From Octopus sinensis (lineage: Eukaryota), in contig NC_042998.1 of NCBI RefSeq assembly GCF_006345805.1, forward strand, positions 60,760,001 to 60,824,000: a stretch of 64,000 bases of DNA, read 5' to 3'. Position 1 is the first letter of the stretch; each line of letters opens with the position of its first letter. The translations under genes and the position numbers were made by a program. The notes below the pieces were generated by a model that was not told where the DNA came from, made no database searches, and saw only the letters and a list, made by a program, of their open reading frames with translations. Below, piece by piece: positions 48,549 to 62,542 of this stretch.

Positions 48549-51500
48549 CGCTAATATTGGTTTCCAGCATGCTAATAATTCTGCCAGATCAGGCCCCCTC
48601 GTAACTATGAAACTATTGCTTTCAAATTTTGGCACAAGGCCAGCAGGTTTAAGGAAAAGAGTAAGTCAATTACTTCAACCCCAATGTTTAACTGGTACTT
48701 ATTTTATTGACCCTGAAAGGATAAAAGGCAAAGTCAACCTCGATGGAATTTGAACGTGAAGATGGACAAAATACCACTAGGCTATTTGCCCAGTGTGCTA
48801 ACAATTCTGCCAGCTTCCTGCCTTTTCTTATACACTAATATTACAAATCAAACAGAACATGATTATTTCTGTCTAGCTTTTGCAAATCCTTTGCATTCAA
48901 GGCCCACATTTCACTTCTATGCAGCATCATACAATCAACCTTTCTCTCTGAAAGAGAAACTGTTTCTCTTAACAACCAAATCCTTCTCTCTGATCAAGGC
49001 CAAATCCTGTCTCACACGGTGTCACATCAACTACCCTGACATTAAAGACAGCTAGATTAACTTCTCTCCTAACTAAAATGTTTAGTCAGTCATTCAAATA
49101 AAACATGTCTTACTACTGATTACTGCCCACCACATCGTTGAAGTAAAGAAACATATTAGTAATATATATATATCTCCTTTCCCCTTCTCTCTTTCCTTAA
49201 CCTACTTCTCTTGTGGCTGTCAATAAGAATTATAAAATACCAATCTAATAGAACTGATCTCTGACTTCAGAAAACTAAAAACTGTTATACATGGTATTAA
49301 CAAAGCTTTCAACAAATCAGCTAAGTATGACATTGCAAACTTCTTGTCTAAAATTTGTGCGAAATCTCAACACTAATCACCTGAATTCAGAAACTCTTAA
49401 TTCAATATCATCATCATCATCACTGTCACTGTTTTAGCAGCACTTTTCCATACTAGTATGGACAGATTGAAGCTCAAACGTTGTTTCCCTATGTCTTGTG
49501 TCACTATGTCCTTCTTTAATGTGTAGCTGAACATTATCAGATCTGAACTAATCATTTCCTTCCAGTTCTTTCTTTTTCTATAATATGTATTAGAGAGACA
49601 GGCATGACTGTGTGGTTAAATTTGCTTCACATTCCTGTAGTTCCAAGTTTGATCCCACTGTGTGGTATTTTGGACATATGTCCTCTACAATTGTCATGAG
49701 TTGACAAAAGCCTTGCATTACATATCCTTGCCATAGTTTCCATCCACTGCATATCCTTGTCATATCTTTTGTCTGTTTCTGTCTACTTAAACTCTACACT
49801 AAGCCCTACATGTGATTCCTTACTTCCTTCCTCTAATTTTTTTTATTTTCCCACAATCTTCAAAGACTATTAAATCTTAATGTTAACACTATTGTTCTTA
49901 TTCATCCAAACAAGTGCAGTTCCACTGGTTATTGAAGGTGTAGAGCCTTTTCTTTTGACACAACAATTACATTCTCATGTCCACTTTGCCTTCTTTCTTT
50001 CTGATGGCAGTAAGTACTGAGCTCTGTGGAATGGATCACACCCAAGAACAGGGGTTCTTAATCTAAACAGTAGCACTCCCTTGGGAGTGTTTTGTGCTGT
50101 CAAGGGACACTGTGATGTGTAAAGGACATTAAGAGTGATCTTTTCTTTTTTGTTATAGAAATAAAATATTTGAAGTTGGGTCAATACTTAAAACACATTT
50201 TTAAAAACATCTTTATCAGGATCATGCATGTTGTGTTACCCATGAGCAGAAAACCTGATTGATGATTTGCTAAGGTCCAACATAATTTCATTATATAAGT
50301 CCTCACTTTCTTTAAAAATTTCCATAAAAATTTAACCTTTGAAGTACTAATCTGTACAAATATCTAAGAAATGATACATGTTGGGTGAGACTGAAAAAAT
50401 ATGGGTTGTAAACCACATTGTAAAATTAGTTTCTGTTTAAAACAATTTTTTTTTGTTATTTGCAAAACTGAAGGCGATGATCTGGCAGAATCATTAGCAC
50501 ATCAGACAATTCTTTGCAGCACTCCTGGCTTTTTATATTTTGAGTTCAAATTTTGCCAAGACCAACTTTGTTTTTCATTCTTTCAGAGTTAAATAAATAA
50601 GTACTAGTTGAGCTCTGGGCTTGATGTAATCAACTGTTTGGCCCTACAATTATATTTGCAAAACATGCCATGAGGAGATTTGTAAAATGCCATTCAGTAA
50701 AAGAGGATGCTGAGCTATACATGATCAAGAACCACTACCCTGTAGGCAAATGATAAAAAGTAGAAATATTTGGGGAGAATTTGTATCAAATTAAGGATTG
50801 GCTGTGCATCATAAGTGGGATGAGCTGTTGTAATGAAAACCAGAGTTTGGGAGTAAGATGGTTAGTATTGGAATGGCTTTTTCAAACCATAACAGGAATT
50901 GATGCAAGCTTTGCAAGCTATTGACCTATTTGTCAGTTTTACATTAACTGTAAGAAAAAAAAAAAAAAATGATTGTTGACCTGGTTAACTCCAGTCCTTT
51001 CAGTATATTATAATAGATAGCAATTATTTTTTAAAATTAATTTCAGAAATGGATGTGTTCAATATAAATAATTAAAATGAAATTCTTTTCCATCATCAAT
51101 TTCTAAGAAAAAAAAAGGAAAAAAAAAAAAGAAATAGTAAATTGTCAGTGCCAAGTTCTATTACCCAAGAGACTTGCTTAATTGTAATTGAATAGACAAT
51201 TAGCTAATAACAATAGCAGTCTTATAAACATAGTTAACGATGTAATTAAACATTAGTTCTGTGTGATTGTCACTATAATAATGTGTGTTTATTGATTAAT
51301 GCCAGTATTTCAGGTACTTCATGTTCATTTTTTTTTGTGGTTGGTTTCTGCAAAAAAAAAAAAAAAATTGCAAAATATACATGTATTTTTACAATACTTC
51401 CCAAGAAGCAATGTATGTAGAGTAATTTTCTTATTAGGAATTTTATGTAAGAGCTATAAGCTTATTTCCATGTGGAGATCTGTAACTACATAGTGTTTCA

Positions 51501-52344
51501 TAAGAACTGAAACACTATGTGCTGGAAAATATAATGTGGAGTTGATTATTGTTTTTCAAAATAAATGTAAACTTGACAGTTGCACTGTGTTTATAAATGG
51601 TGCAGGAAATGTAAAAATAGACAGCAATGGTATAATTGTGTATGTGTCTGTTGTTTGAATCAGTGTCATCATCATCACCACTTAATGTCTGTTTTATATC
51701 CTGGCATAAGTTAGACATTTTGACTAGAGCTGGTAAGCTAGCGGCCTGTGCTAAGCTCCATTATCTGCTTTGGCATGGTTTTATGGCTGGATGCCCTTCC
51801 TAATGCCAAAGTATACTGGGATGCCTTATATGTAGCACCAGCACTGGTGAGGTCACCAAGTAACTTGCAAGACAAGACCCCTTCAACTAAGGGGGAAGGA
51901 GAAGTAGTATTGAGGGAAGTGGCTTTGTGCCAGACAAGGGGAAGGTGTCATGCTGTAGGGGAGATAAAGGGATGCCCCAGTTGAGAAGGAGAGAGAGAGA
52001 GAGGATTGTAGTGAAGATGTGTTAGGGCATATCCTCAAGTTACAGGGTGGCTAATATGAGTGAAGTGTTGTTACAGAGGGTTTGGTAGGGTGAAAGAGAT
52101 AGTGAGAACAGGTAAGTTTAGGAGAGTGCAAAAGGAAAGAAGACGGGGTGAGGGGAGAGAAATGTTTGTGATATTTTTCAATTTCCTTTTAATGATTACC
52201 AAAAGGAATTGTTACCTTTTAGCTTATCTTTATTTTGCATCTAGCCTACTTCAAAAATTCTTCCCAATTTCTCATACATTTTTCTTTGTTTTTTCTTGTA
52301 AATCACTTTTACCTTTCCATTTTTTGTTCTCCATTGTTTTGTAG

Positions 52345-52426
52345 AAAGGCAAAGAGATGCATCACGCAAAACACAAAATTTGGCAATTGACCAACAACCC
52401 AAAAGATCTTTCTTAGCCCGAAATAG
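52345..52426 (+). CDS. Predicted exon (E-RQRDASRKTQNLAIDQQPKRSFLARN), phase 1 to 2
   Basis: Strong acceptor TTGTTCTCCATTGTTTTGTAG, donor AG/GTAAGA; open frame compatible with neighbours. Confidence 0.6.
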
Positions 52427-53067
52427 GTAAGATAATTTTATTTAGCAATTTACTCATATTTTAACAGAATTTCGTTTACATAAAATAAAAATCAATATAA
52501 ATCTTTAAAAATTTGTTAGTATTGACTAAAATTCTGCATGAAACTATTATTTCACTATTGACCACACAGAAAGTTGCAATATGAACCTAAATTTTCTTTA
52601 TCTAGTATTATGATATAAACTGCTGAACATGCTAAGGTATCTATTTCTTGTAGCTTCATTGAGTTTTTTTTTTTTGTGGTGGCTATGGTGCATTCAGCAC
52701 TATATCAGAGAAACTGTTTCAAATGTGACTGTCCTTTTAAATTATGTTTAATACATTTAGTGAAAATGCCCTAAATTGTTGTACATATATAAACAGGGAT
52801 TAAATAACAAACATTATTTTATATAATAAGATAAATAAATAATTCTTTCATTTCCTTTCAGGAGATTAAATAGCTTATTAGGTGTGATTTCCCAATCAGA
52901 AAACAATAATAGAGATTTCAAACAATGCAACAATACACTGTTCTGATTAGTTCCTGGAGTATTAAAAAAGATCAAGATAGCTGTGAGCAATGTAAGTAGG
53001 GTTAGCCTTAGAAAACTGAATAAGATAAATGAGGCCAATAGACATGTTGAATTTGCTTAACTATTTA

Positions 53068-53463
53068 ACTGGCTTCCGTGCTGGTGGCACATAAAAAGCA
53101 CCATTCAAGCTTGATCGTTACCAGCGTCATCTTACTGGTACTTGTGCCTGTGGCACATGAAAAACCATTCGAGCAAGGTCGTTGCTAGTGCTGCTGGACT
53201 GGCTCCTGTGCAGGTGGCACGTAAAAAACACCATTGAGTGTGGTCGTTGCCAGTACCACCTGACTGGCCCTTGTGCCGGTTTCATGTAAAAGCACATACT
53301 ACACTCTCAGAGTGGTTGGCATTTGGAAGAGCATCCAGCTGTAGAAACTCTGCCAGATCAGATTGGAGCCTGGTGCAGCCATCTGGTTCGCCAGTCCTTA
53401 GTCAAATTGTCCAACCCATGCTAGCATGGAAAGTGGACATTAAACGATGATGATGATGATGAT
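53068..53463 (+). mobile_element. RTE 3' UTR with ~60-bp repeat modules and (GAT)n tail
   Basis: Same module order as 45140-45370. Confidence 0.75.
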
Positions 53464-53699
53464 TTCACCTGCCATATACTTTGCAAATTCCTTTTCTTCT
53501 TGTCCAGGTATGTTTTAAATTTATCTTGATATTTGTACATGCATTTATGATTTATATTTAAGTTCAGAATTGATCATCCTGTATAGTATTAAGAAATAAA
53601 CAAACTTAGTCCAAATGCTAATCTATAACACAGTTCAAAGCTATTTCTCAAAGACTGCATTTATTCTTCACAGTTCATAAATTCTAAATAACAGCTCAG

Positions 53700-53835
53700 C
53701 CTTGTGGGACCAGGCTGTTGCTATTCAATCAAACATTCTAGATTGTATCCAGAAAAAGTTAATCCAATTGAATGGCAAACTTTTCATTCGGCATGCTACA
53801 ATTATTAACACACTCAACCTCTGTTTCACCTCTCC
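53700..53835 (+). mobile_element. Old CR1/L2-type LINE 3' remnant (second copy about 55340-55500)
   Basis: ILDCIQKKLIQL resembles LDRIQKRAxRLI; the two copies share ATTCTAGATTG(T/C)ATCCAGAAAAA. Confidence 0.35.
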
Positions 53836-53837
53836 CA

Positions 53838-53873
53838 CTACTACTACTACTACTACTACAACTGCTGCTGCTG

Positions 53874-53906
<33 letters not shown>
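53838..53906. repeat. (CTA)n microsatellite interrupted by (CTG)n
   Basis: Direct reading. Confidence 0.95.
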
Positions 53907-54466
53907 GTTAGCAAGATGTACCATTATTGAAATAAAGGATTCGAACTAACAATCTGCATTGCAGTGTTCAACTCCTTCCTCTCCCAAAATATCAACCTGA
54001 AGAAGTTTAAGTTAAACATAAAATGCATTGGCATCATGAGTCCAAGGTTTGTAAATACTGTGATTACTACACCTCCTTCTCCAAATAATTAAAAAAATAT
54101 AGTCATGAAATTGGGTTGGGGAGCTCCTTGGTCTTCTCAGTATAGGAAATAGTATACTCCACCTAAGGAAACCAGGCACTGCTTCCAATGGGATTTAAGT
54201 ATAATCCATGGATTCTAACTTTCATTATTACTGTACAGTTACAATATACGTGTGTGTGTGTTCGTTCATTACATATCCTCAAAGTTTCGGGCTTATTAAG
54301 CAGAAATTAAAACTAGCTGTAAGCCTACCTCTATTGTATAAGGTTTAATTGCTCTACTTGTAATATTGAACAATCCAGTATATTACTGGTGTGTCTTGTC
54401 AAATTTGAGGATACAATGATTCTGGAAATTGAACCCAGAACGTAGAGTAACAAAACTAAATTCATA

Positions 54467-54876
54467 TAGGCGCAGAAGTGGCTGTGTGGTAAGTAGCTTG
54501 TTTACCAACCACATGGTTCCAGGTTCAGTCCCACTGCGTGGCACCTTAGGCAAGTGTCTTCTACTATAGCCTCGGTCCGACCAATGCCTTGTGAGTAGAT
54601 TTGGTAGATGGAAACTGAAAGAAGCCCGTCGTGTATATGTATGTATATATATATATGCGTGTGTGTGTTTGTGTGTCTGTGTTTGTTCCCCTAGCATTGC
54701 TTGACAACCGATGCTGGTGTGTTTATGTCCCCGTCACTTAGCGGTTCGGCAAAAGAGACTGATAGAATAAGTTCTGGGCTTACAAAAGAATAAGTCCCGG
54801 GGTCAAGTTGCTCGATTAAAGGTGGTGCTTCAGCATGGCCGCAGTCAAATGACTGAAACAAGTAAGAGTAAAGAGT
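54467..54876 (+). mobile_element. SINE family A, full length, well preserved
   Basis: Head GGCGCAGAAGTGGCTGTGTGGTAAG...GGTTCAGTCCC, internal (TA)/(TG) tract, 3' GAAACAAGTAAGAGTAAAGAG. Confidence 0.9.
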
Positions 54877-55747
54877 ATAGTACGGCACTCTATGAGCTCT
54901 GAGTATGGCACCCTATAATATTTCTAATATTAACAAACTTTGAGTTAATTTCAGAAAAATATGTTTTCAAAATTTTATGGTCAATTTTTACCTTCCATTG
55001 TTATGGAATCAAAAACCAAGTGTTGGGGTTGATAGAATTGATTGTTCCCTCCCCCAAAATGTTTTGCTGTGAGCCTTAATCATATCAGCTTGTACAAAGA
55101 CTGTAAAGAAATGAGGACCCTTTTGTCTTGCAGGGTACATGACAATCTCATTACTAGTGGTACAAACACAAAATGTACCTTGTTGCAAAATGGTTGGTGA
55201 ATGAGTGGAGACAATAGGAGCAAGAGGATCCTTAATCTTTTCTTGTTGAGGATAGCAACTGTCAAGTGCTGGTGCTCTTAAATTTCATATTTGATAATCT
55301 CAGACTCAAATTTATCAATTTCCAACTTAAACCTCCCATGTCTCCTGCAATTTATCCAATTTTGTTGGATGGAGGGAAGCAGACAGCTGCTACTTAATTC
55401 TAGATTGCATCCAGAAAAAATTAATCTGAGTAATTAGCAAACTTTCATTAACATGGTATAATTACTAACACACCTGTTTCACCTCCTCCACTGCAACCAT
55501 CTTTCATGAAGAAGTAAAATTGGTTGCTTGATTTTACTTCTTCAGAACTACTATTTTCTGGAATTCTCTTCCCATCCACATTTTTTCCTATAGACATAGA
55601 CCAATGGAATCCCAACCACATTGATCAAATTGGCTTGTGTGTGTGTGTGTGTGTGGTGGTGGTGGTGGTGGTGGGGAGATTCATAAGTTATGAGCCATCC
55701 CGCTTCCTTATCTGAAAGTCCATGAAACACACACACACACACACACT

Positions 55748-55778
<31 letters not shown>

Positions 55779-57096
55779 GGATTCCAGGTGTGGAAGCTAG
55801 GTTTAGAATCAAAAGGCGTTAGAGTCAATGTAGCAAAGACCAAAGTTCTATTAAGTAAGAAGGCGAACTCATCACACACCCCCTCAGGTAGGTGGCCCTG
55901 CTCGATCTGTAGAAAAGGTGTAGGTTGAAACTCCATAAGATGCCCAGTGTAAGCTATGGACAAATAAGAGGTGCAGCAACATCAAAGGAAAACTAACTGA
56001 GAAGATAGCTTTCGTATGCGGCAGATGCACAGGGGCAATAGACACTACAGATACTCAGAAAACAGATTCCATCACACTCCAGGGAGAGAAACTAGAAGTA
56101 GTTGATAGCTTCCACTACTAGGTGACTGAGTTAATAGTGGGGGTTGATGTTCAGAGAGTGTTACCACTAGAATAAGAATAGACTTGGCAAAATTTAGAAA
56201 GCTTCTTCCCCTACTGGCAACAAAGGGTTTCTCACTCAGATTGAAAGGTAGATTGTATGACGCATGTGTGTGAAATGCCATGCTTCACAGCAGTGAAACA
56301 TGGGCCGTGACTGCGGAGGACATGTGTAGACTCGAAAGAAATGAAGCTAGCATGATCCGCTAGATTTGTAATGTCAGTGTGCACGCACGACAGTGTAAAC
56401 ACCATGAGAGAAATGTTGGACATAAGAAGCATCGGATGTGGTGTGCAGGAGAGATGTATGGTCATGTACTGTGGATGGATGAGGAGAGATGTGTGAAGAA
56501 GTGCCAGTTCCAAACAGATGAAGGAATCCAGGGTAGAGGTAGACCCAGGAAGACATGGGATGAGGTGGTCAAGCATGACCTTCGAACGTTGGGCCTCATA
56601 GAGGCAATGACAAAAGACTGAGACCTATGGAGATACGTTGTGACTGCAAAGACCCAACAAATGAAGTGAGCTCCTGGCTCACAGGACGGCCTGCTGTGCT
56701 TACCTTGGATTGTAGGTGAACCTGCTGTGCTTGAGGAGACCTATTGAGTCAAGTACATCAAAATAAAAATCAAATGGAAATTGTAGTTGTGATACCCATG
56801 CCAGTGGCACATAAAAAACACCATCTAGATGTTGCTGATGCCAGTGCCACCTTGACCGGTGGCACGTAAAAAGCACCAACTGATCGTGGCCGTTGCCAGC
56901 CTCCTTTGGCCCCTGTGCTGGTGGCATGTAAAAAGCACCCACTACACTCATAGAGTGGTTGGCGTTAGGAAGGGTATCCAGCTGTAGTAACACTGCCAGA
57001 TCAGACTGGAGCCTGGTGCAGGCTTCTGTCTTCCCAGACTCTGGTTGAACCATCCAACCCATACTAGCATGGAAAACGGACGTTAAATGATGATGA
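55779..57096 (+). mobile_element. 5'-truncated RTE-clade LINE with Cys-rich finger and 3' UTR
   Basis: GFQVWKLGLESKGVRVNVAKTKV, WPCSICRKGVG, KGRLYDACV, GRGRPRKTWDEVVK; frameshifted; ends in (GAT)n. Confidence 0.85.
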
Positions 57097-57475
57097 TATA
57101 TATAGTTCAGTAGTAAATAGCTAGAGCATGGCTAATCAATAACCTCAACTATGATAGCTAAGAAGGAAACAGATATAGTTAATTGTTATGTTGTAGGTTA
57201 TTATTAGAAATTCCACTTCTCATAATTAATATAGACAGAAATTACTCTTCTTATTTTTGCTGTGGGTCAGTCATATTGTAGAATAACAGCTCATTAAAAT
57301 CTATTGCTCATATTTAGAGTTTAGATTTTCTAATTTACTTGATAATTGAAGAATTTCACCAAGATAATTTTTCAACTAAATGTTTTCCTATTCTGGTACA
57401 GGTTGATTTTAATTAAATGTAAATTAGTAAACTATGCTTGTAATTAGGATGTGATTCTTAGCTGATGTTCTTTAA

Positions 57476-57707
57476 CCCTTTAGCATTTAAACCAGTCATT
57501 CATGGTGCAAATATTCTATCTGTTTTATGTTCAAACTGACCAGATCCTGCCTCTCACACCTACCCAACAATGTCATTCTAAAAATAAATAATCACATTAT
57601 TGAAATCTCAAAGCTATCAGATAATGCATGATTAATTTGAATCCACGTGAATTGCGAACAATGTGAATAAATAATACATTTGACAGAGTAATCTGATTGC
57701 TAAAGGG
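57476..57707. mobile_element. piggyBac-type MITE, 232 bp
   Basis: TTAA|CCCTTTAGCA...TGCTAAAGGG|TTTAA; a 3' half of the same family lies at about 19040-19138. Confidence 0.7.
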
Positions 57708-57805
57708 TTTAAGGAAACTAAACTATGTTTTGTGTTGTAACTACAAACAGATTGTGGTCTTGTCAAATATTCTTTTCTTTTGCTGTTGCTAATGTAGAGC
57801 CTGAA

Positions 57806-58002
57806 GTAAGGCTGTGAGCTGGCAGTTGTTAGCACACCAGGGCAAAATGCTTAGTAGCATTTCATCCATCTTAACGTTGACTTTACTTTGCATCCCCTTT
57901 CAGGGTTGATAAAATAGGTACCAGTTGAGCACTGGGGTCGATGTAGCTGACTTACTCCCTCTCTCAAAATTTCTGGCCTTGTGCCAAAATTTGAAACCAA
58001 TA
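57806..58002 (+). mobile_element. Short tRNA-derived SINE (family D) with 11-bp TSD
   Basis: TSD TAGAGCCTGAA at 57795-57805 and 58003-58013; many other family D fragments in the window. Confidence 0.8.
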
Positions 58003-61000
58003 TAGAGCCTGAAATGATGTGGCTACTTAGAAGACTAAATGGTAAATCTCTCTGTTGTGATATATTAGGATTAGAATCACTGAGTCTTGCTGGTTTTTTT
58101 TTTTTTTATCAGTCAGCAATGTTAGTTTAATAAGAGATTAGTATTGTTATTTGGATTGGACTAAATGACCTTCATACACTTATGGCCATCTAATCTTTTT
58201 GTCAGAAAGTATCCTGCGCTATATTGTTATTTTATGACCTCTCCATTTTTTTTAAAGACGGCGGGATGTGATCTGAGAGAGATTTGACTTCTATTTCTAG
58301 TCAGTTATGTGACTGCATAGAAGCTCCCATGCTGACTTGATTTTATCACTAGTAATACGAGAGTACTAAATTGGTGGAAATGGTAGCATGGTTGACTGAG
58401 AGTATTTGTCTTGAGATTACTTCTTTCTTTATTCTGAGTTCAAATCCCACTAACCATTTATCCTTAGTATTAATAAAATAAGTACTATTTAGAAAATATG
58501 GTTGACTCAATTGACTACAATACTCTCCTCAAATTCATGGTCATGTAACAAAATCAGAAACCATTGTTGTCTCATCCTGTTAAGGTTATGCGTACTCAAC
58601 TACTGAAGCTATTCTAGACTTGAAAGTAGATTTGCAGTAATAGCTTTTTTTTACTGATTTTTTTTTTCCTTTCTGTTTTTAAAATATTGGCTCTGCCTTG
58701 GAGCAATATTTTCTAAACTTAATATATGACTGAATCAATGAATAGGCATCGTCATTATCAATATGTATTCACTTTCTATGTTCATATATATTAGACTGGT
58801 TGTCATAGTTTAAGACAGTTCTTATTTAAGGTCATTATCACCATAGATAGGTCAGGAGACTACATTTCAATCAAACGTTTTTACATTTACTATGGTTTCT
58901 ATGGCTAGATACCTTTTTATGTAACCATTTTATATAGTGTATTGGGTGCATTTTATCATGGCACCAGCACTAAAGAGCTTGACATATCTTTAAGAAAAGA
59001 CTAAAAATCCATATGACTGTATTGTCTCCTCATTCACCAACCACTTTACAACTGGGTTCATTTTATAGTACTACTAGTAGTAATGAGATTGCTTTGTACC
59101 CTGCAAGACAAAAGAGTCCTCTCTGCTTTACAAAGTCTTTGTATTGGCCAATGTGACCAAGGCAAAATTTCTGGTGAAGGAACAGTCAATTCTGTCAACC
59201 TGAGTATTTTATTTCAACAACTTCAGGACTGGAAGGTAAAATTGACCTTGGAAAGATTCAAAATCAAAATTTTATGAGGTGAAACTAAATATTGCATTAA
59301 GTTTTGTCCTATTTTGACTATCATAATGATTCCATTTTCCCCATTACGTAGTGTAGTAACTTAGTAGTTGTTTGTGAATTATTGGTTCAGAATTGTCTTC
59401 ACTTATGACAATAATGTATGTTATTTGACTGTTGGGGAATGAAAGTCCTGCCATTCAGTCTCCTTACAGATGTTCAAACTGAACATTTACTTTAATGCCA
59501 CCCACACAGGTGGACATGCAATGCCTTGCCTACTCTGACTGTCCCATCATCGTCGTCAAACATCTGCATTCCATGCTGGCATGGGTTGAATAGTTCAGCA
59601 GGATCCAACTAGCCTGAGGGATGTGTTGGTCACTAGTGTCTGCGTTGCCAAGATTTTTATGGCTGAATGCCCTTTCTAATGCCTACCACTTTACAGGGTG
59701 TACTGGGTGCTTTTTCTATAGCATTAAGAACATGAATAAAATAAAATACTAATGACATTGGCAATTTAAGTGAAATAAGTAAAACTAGGAATCTCATTTG
59801 GGGTTTGAGACTTGTAGTTTGTAGCATTCACCAGAGAAAATAGAAGCCCTTATTTTTTTATTGAGATAGTACTGAGGTATGTGCTATGAGCCTGTTGAAA
59901 GAACACAAAGCAAATATCTGAATTGCTTGACATGGCCATTATAATCCAGTGTTGTAGAAATTTTGCTTCAGTTATTGAAGAAATGAAACAAATATTCAAA
60001 TTTCAAAAGAAATGTTCTGCAGGAAATCCTTTGCTAATAGTAGATAGAATAAAAATTTTTTTTTCTTTTAAAACAAGCCTTCAATGTGGTGAATTGATTT
60101 AATTTATACACTAAATACAGTGAAATATTGAGTGACCTCTTATTTTATAAATTTGTTTTTGTTTATAACTTTTTATTTCCTGTATTTTTTTTTCTTACAC
60201 CATTACATCTTAGCTACTTGAAGCAAAACAGACACTTCTCTGTTAGGTGTTTATTTACGTTATCTATTTAATATACATTCCTTAAGTCAGCAAGAATTAA
60301 GGAATAGAAAAAGTTGTTTAAATGAAAAAGACCTCTAAAAACTTACATTGAATAAGATCTTTTTGAACCAAACAGAGGCCTTCTTTCTTTGATAGTTTCA
60401 TATTGCAACAAAGTGCTTATGATAACTGTTGGCTGATTTTAAGTTGTTTTTATTTATTTATTCTATGTATTCAACTTTTGTGCTTTTTTCGAACACTATT
60501 TTTACATTTTTAAACACATTAAAGTTTACACTCATATGCATGTAAATTATTCCAGTAGTTATTTTTTTTATGCATGTAATCAAAAGCACTTTATTTCCAC
60601 TAACTCCAGTTTCAGGCTGTCCTGTATCTATGACAGTTTTGTTGTAAGAGATATTAAGGAAATAAAATCTATTTTATTAAACTACTTCAAATCATTTGCT
60701 AACTGATTAGAAGTGGTTTAGATTCATTGATGGTTGAATATATCTGTTAGGGTTTATTGTAATTATTGGAAAGAAAGCTAACACTATTAGCCTCAAAAGA
60801 AACCTTTTTTAAACTGGATGACATTCAGTTGTTAAATAGTTACACTAATATTTCATGAAAATCTCTTAAATATCATAACTAAAATTCAATTAAGAGAATA
60901 GATGGATTTAAATTCTACTCAGCTTTATTTAATTGAAAATAGCATTTCATTGCAAATTCTACAAACATTAAAAGGATCCATTTTTAATTCAGGCATTAAT

Positions 61001-61125
61001 TAATGGAAATCTGTTTGCTTTCCTCTTTCTCTAGCAGAAATATTACTGATTCATGCACTCTTTCTGTAAAAATTGGCTTCTCTCCATCCTCTAGTTACAT
61101 ACAGTGTTGGCTCTTGGTTTTACAG

Positions 61126-61160
61126 TGGCGTGGATAAGCTGAACCTGGCTGGTCTTACAG
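61126..61160 (+). CDS. Predicted exon (S-GVDKLNLAGLT), phase 2 to 1
   Basis: Acceptor TTGGTTTTACAG, donor CAG/GTATAA; phase matches the previous exon. Confidence 0.45.
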
Positions 61161-62513
61161 GTATAATTCTGCACACCATAGACTAGTCCCCTTGTCTATC
61201 TGCCTATTTTACTATAGTATCCACTGATCAGTTCATTAGTTACATTAAGCATGTGTATAAGAAAAAGCATGAGACAATTCAAAAAGTACATAAAAACAGC
61301 CATGTTGTATTTGAAGTTTATAATTGAGTTAGAAAATGGGTGAAGTGCATCGAATATACTGGTTAACAACCCTTACAATATACTCTCTGCTCAAGCCAAA
61401 CAAGGGAACCTATGTTGTCACTCTCTCTGCTAGAAATAGCAGAAATTAGACTAGAAATTTCCTTTAAACTATATCATAAGTCTGCTAAATGGAGGGTGGA
61501 CCTAGGACTAAGCAATAACTACCATATATATACTAGCTGCTAGCATAAGTTTTTGGACCAGTCTGCAATTACTTGTTTACAAAGAACTACATGTTCTAAC
61601 ATTATTACCTTTATATTAATGAGACTGTGAGCATCAAGAAGTGGTGGTATAGTCCCAGAGACTGCCACTTGAAGACAATCTCTGCTAATGTTGTTGAAAA
61701 AGACATTGTTCAACTACCTTGCTCGCATCAAAAAGAAAACCAGTTTAATGTATATTCTCTAGTACAATGGCATATGTCACTTAACATCTGTGTCATAGCA
61801 AGTTAGACCTAGAAACTGATACCTTCATACTTTTTTTAGTGCTGCCACATGACATGTAACCTAATGGTTAGGGTGTTGAGCTCATGATTATAAGGTTATA
61901 GGTTCAATTCCTGAACCAAGCAGTGGCTTGTGTCTTTGGGTAAGGCACATTATTTCATGTTGTTCCAGTCTAATCAACTGAAAACGAGTACCAGCCGATT
62001 GCTAGTGCAGCTTTTTTTCCTTCCAAATGTCACATCTTAAATATTCTATTAGGTCAAGAGTGATGTATCTGAAAGAGCTGTTTGTCTACTTGTAAAAGAA
62101 TAAACAAAAGTGTAGTTCAAGTTACCAGGTCATACTTGCTTGTGAGTGATGATAAAGCCCATGTAGCACAGAGTACCACAGTCTCCTCTGTCATCCTCTT
62201 AAACTAGTGCTTTTCATTTCATCATCAGCAATCACTTCTTGCAAAAGAGTTCTTCAGTTTTCCTTTAGACAAACCTTTAATGCCTTATCTATAAATGTTT
62301 GTTGTTAGATCCCCACTTAACATAGACACTTGCTTTATTCTTTACAAAAATGTAAGCAAAATAATATTAAGGTTTGCACAGATATTATTTTTAATACTGT
62401 TGCATTAGCATAGAATTAGCAATCCCGTCTGTTAATTACTGCTGCCCTGGTTTCATTTAACTAAAATTAAGTTTCAAAGGGTAAAAATAATCTTCCAGGT
62501 TTTTTTTTCTTAG

Positions 62514-62542
62514 TGCTTGGAAATGAAGCGGGCTCAGCATAA
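62514..62542 (+). CDS. Possible terminal coding exon (V-LGNEAGSA*)
   Basis: Strong acceptor TTTTTTTTCTTAG, phase 1 compatible; AATAAA candidates near 62866 and 63050. Confidence 0.35.
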
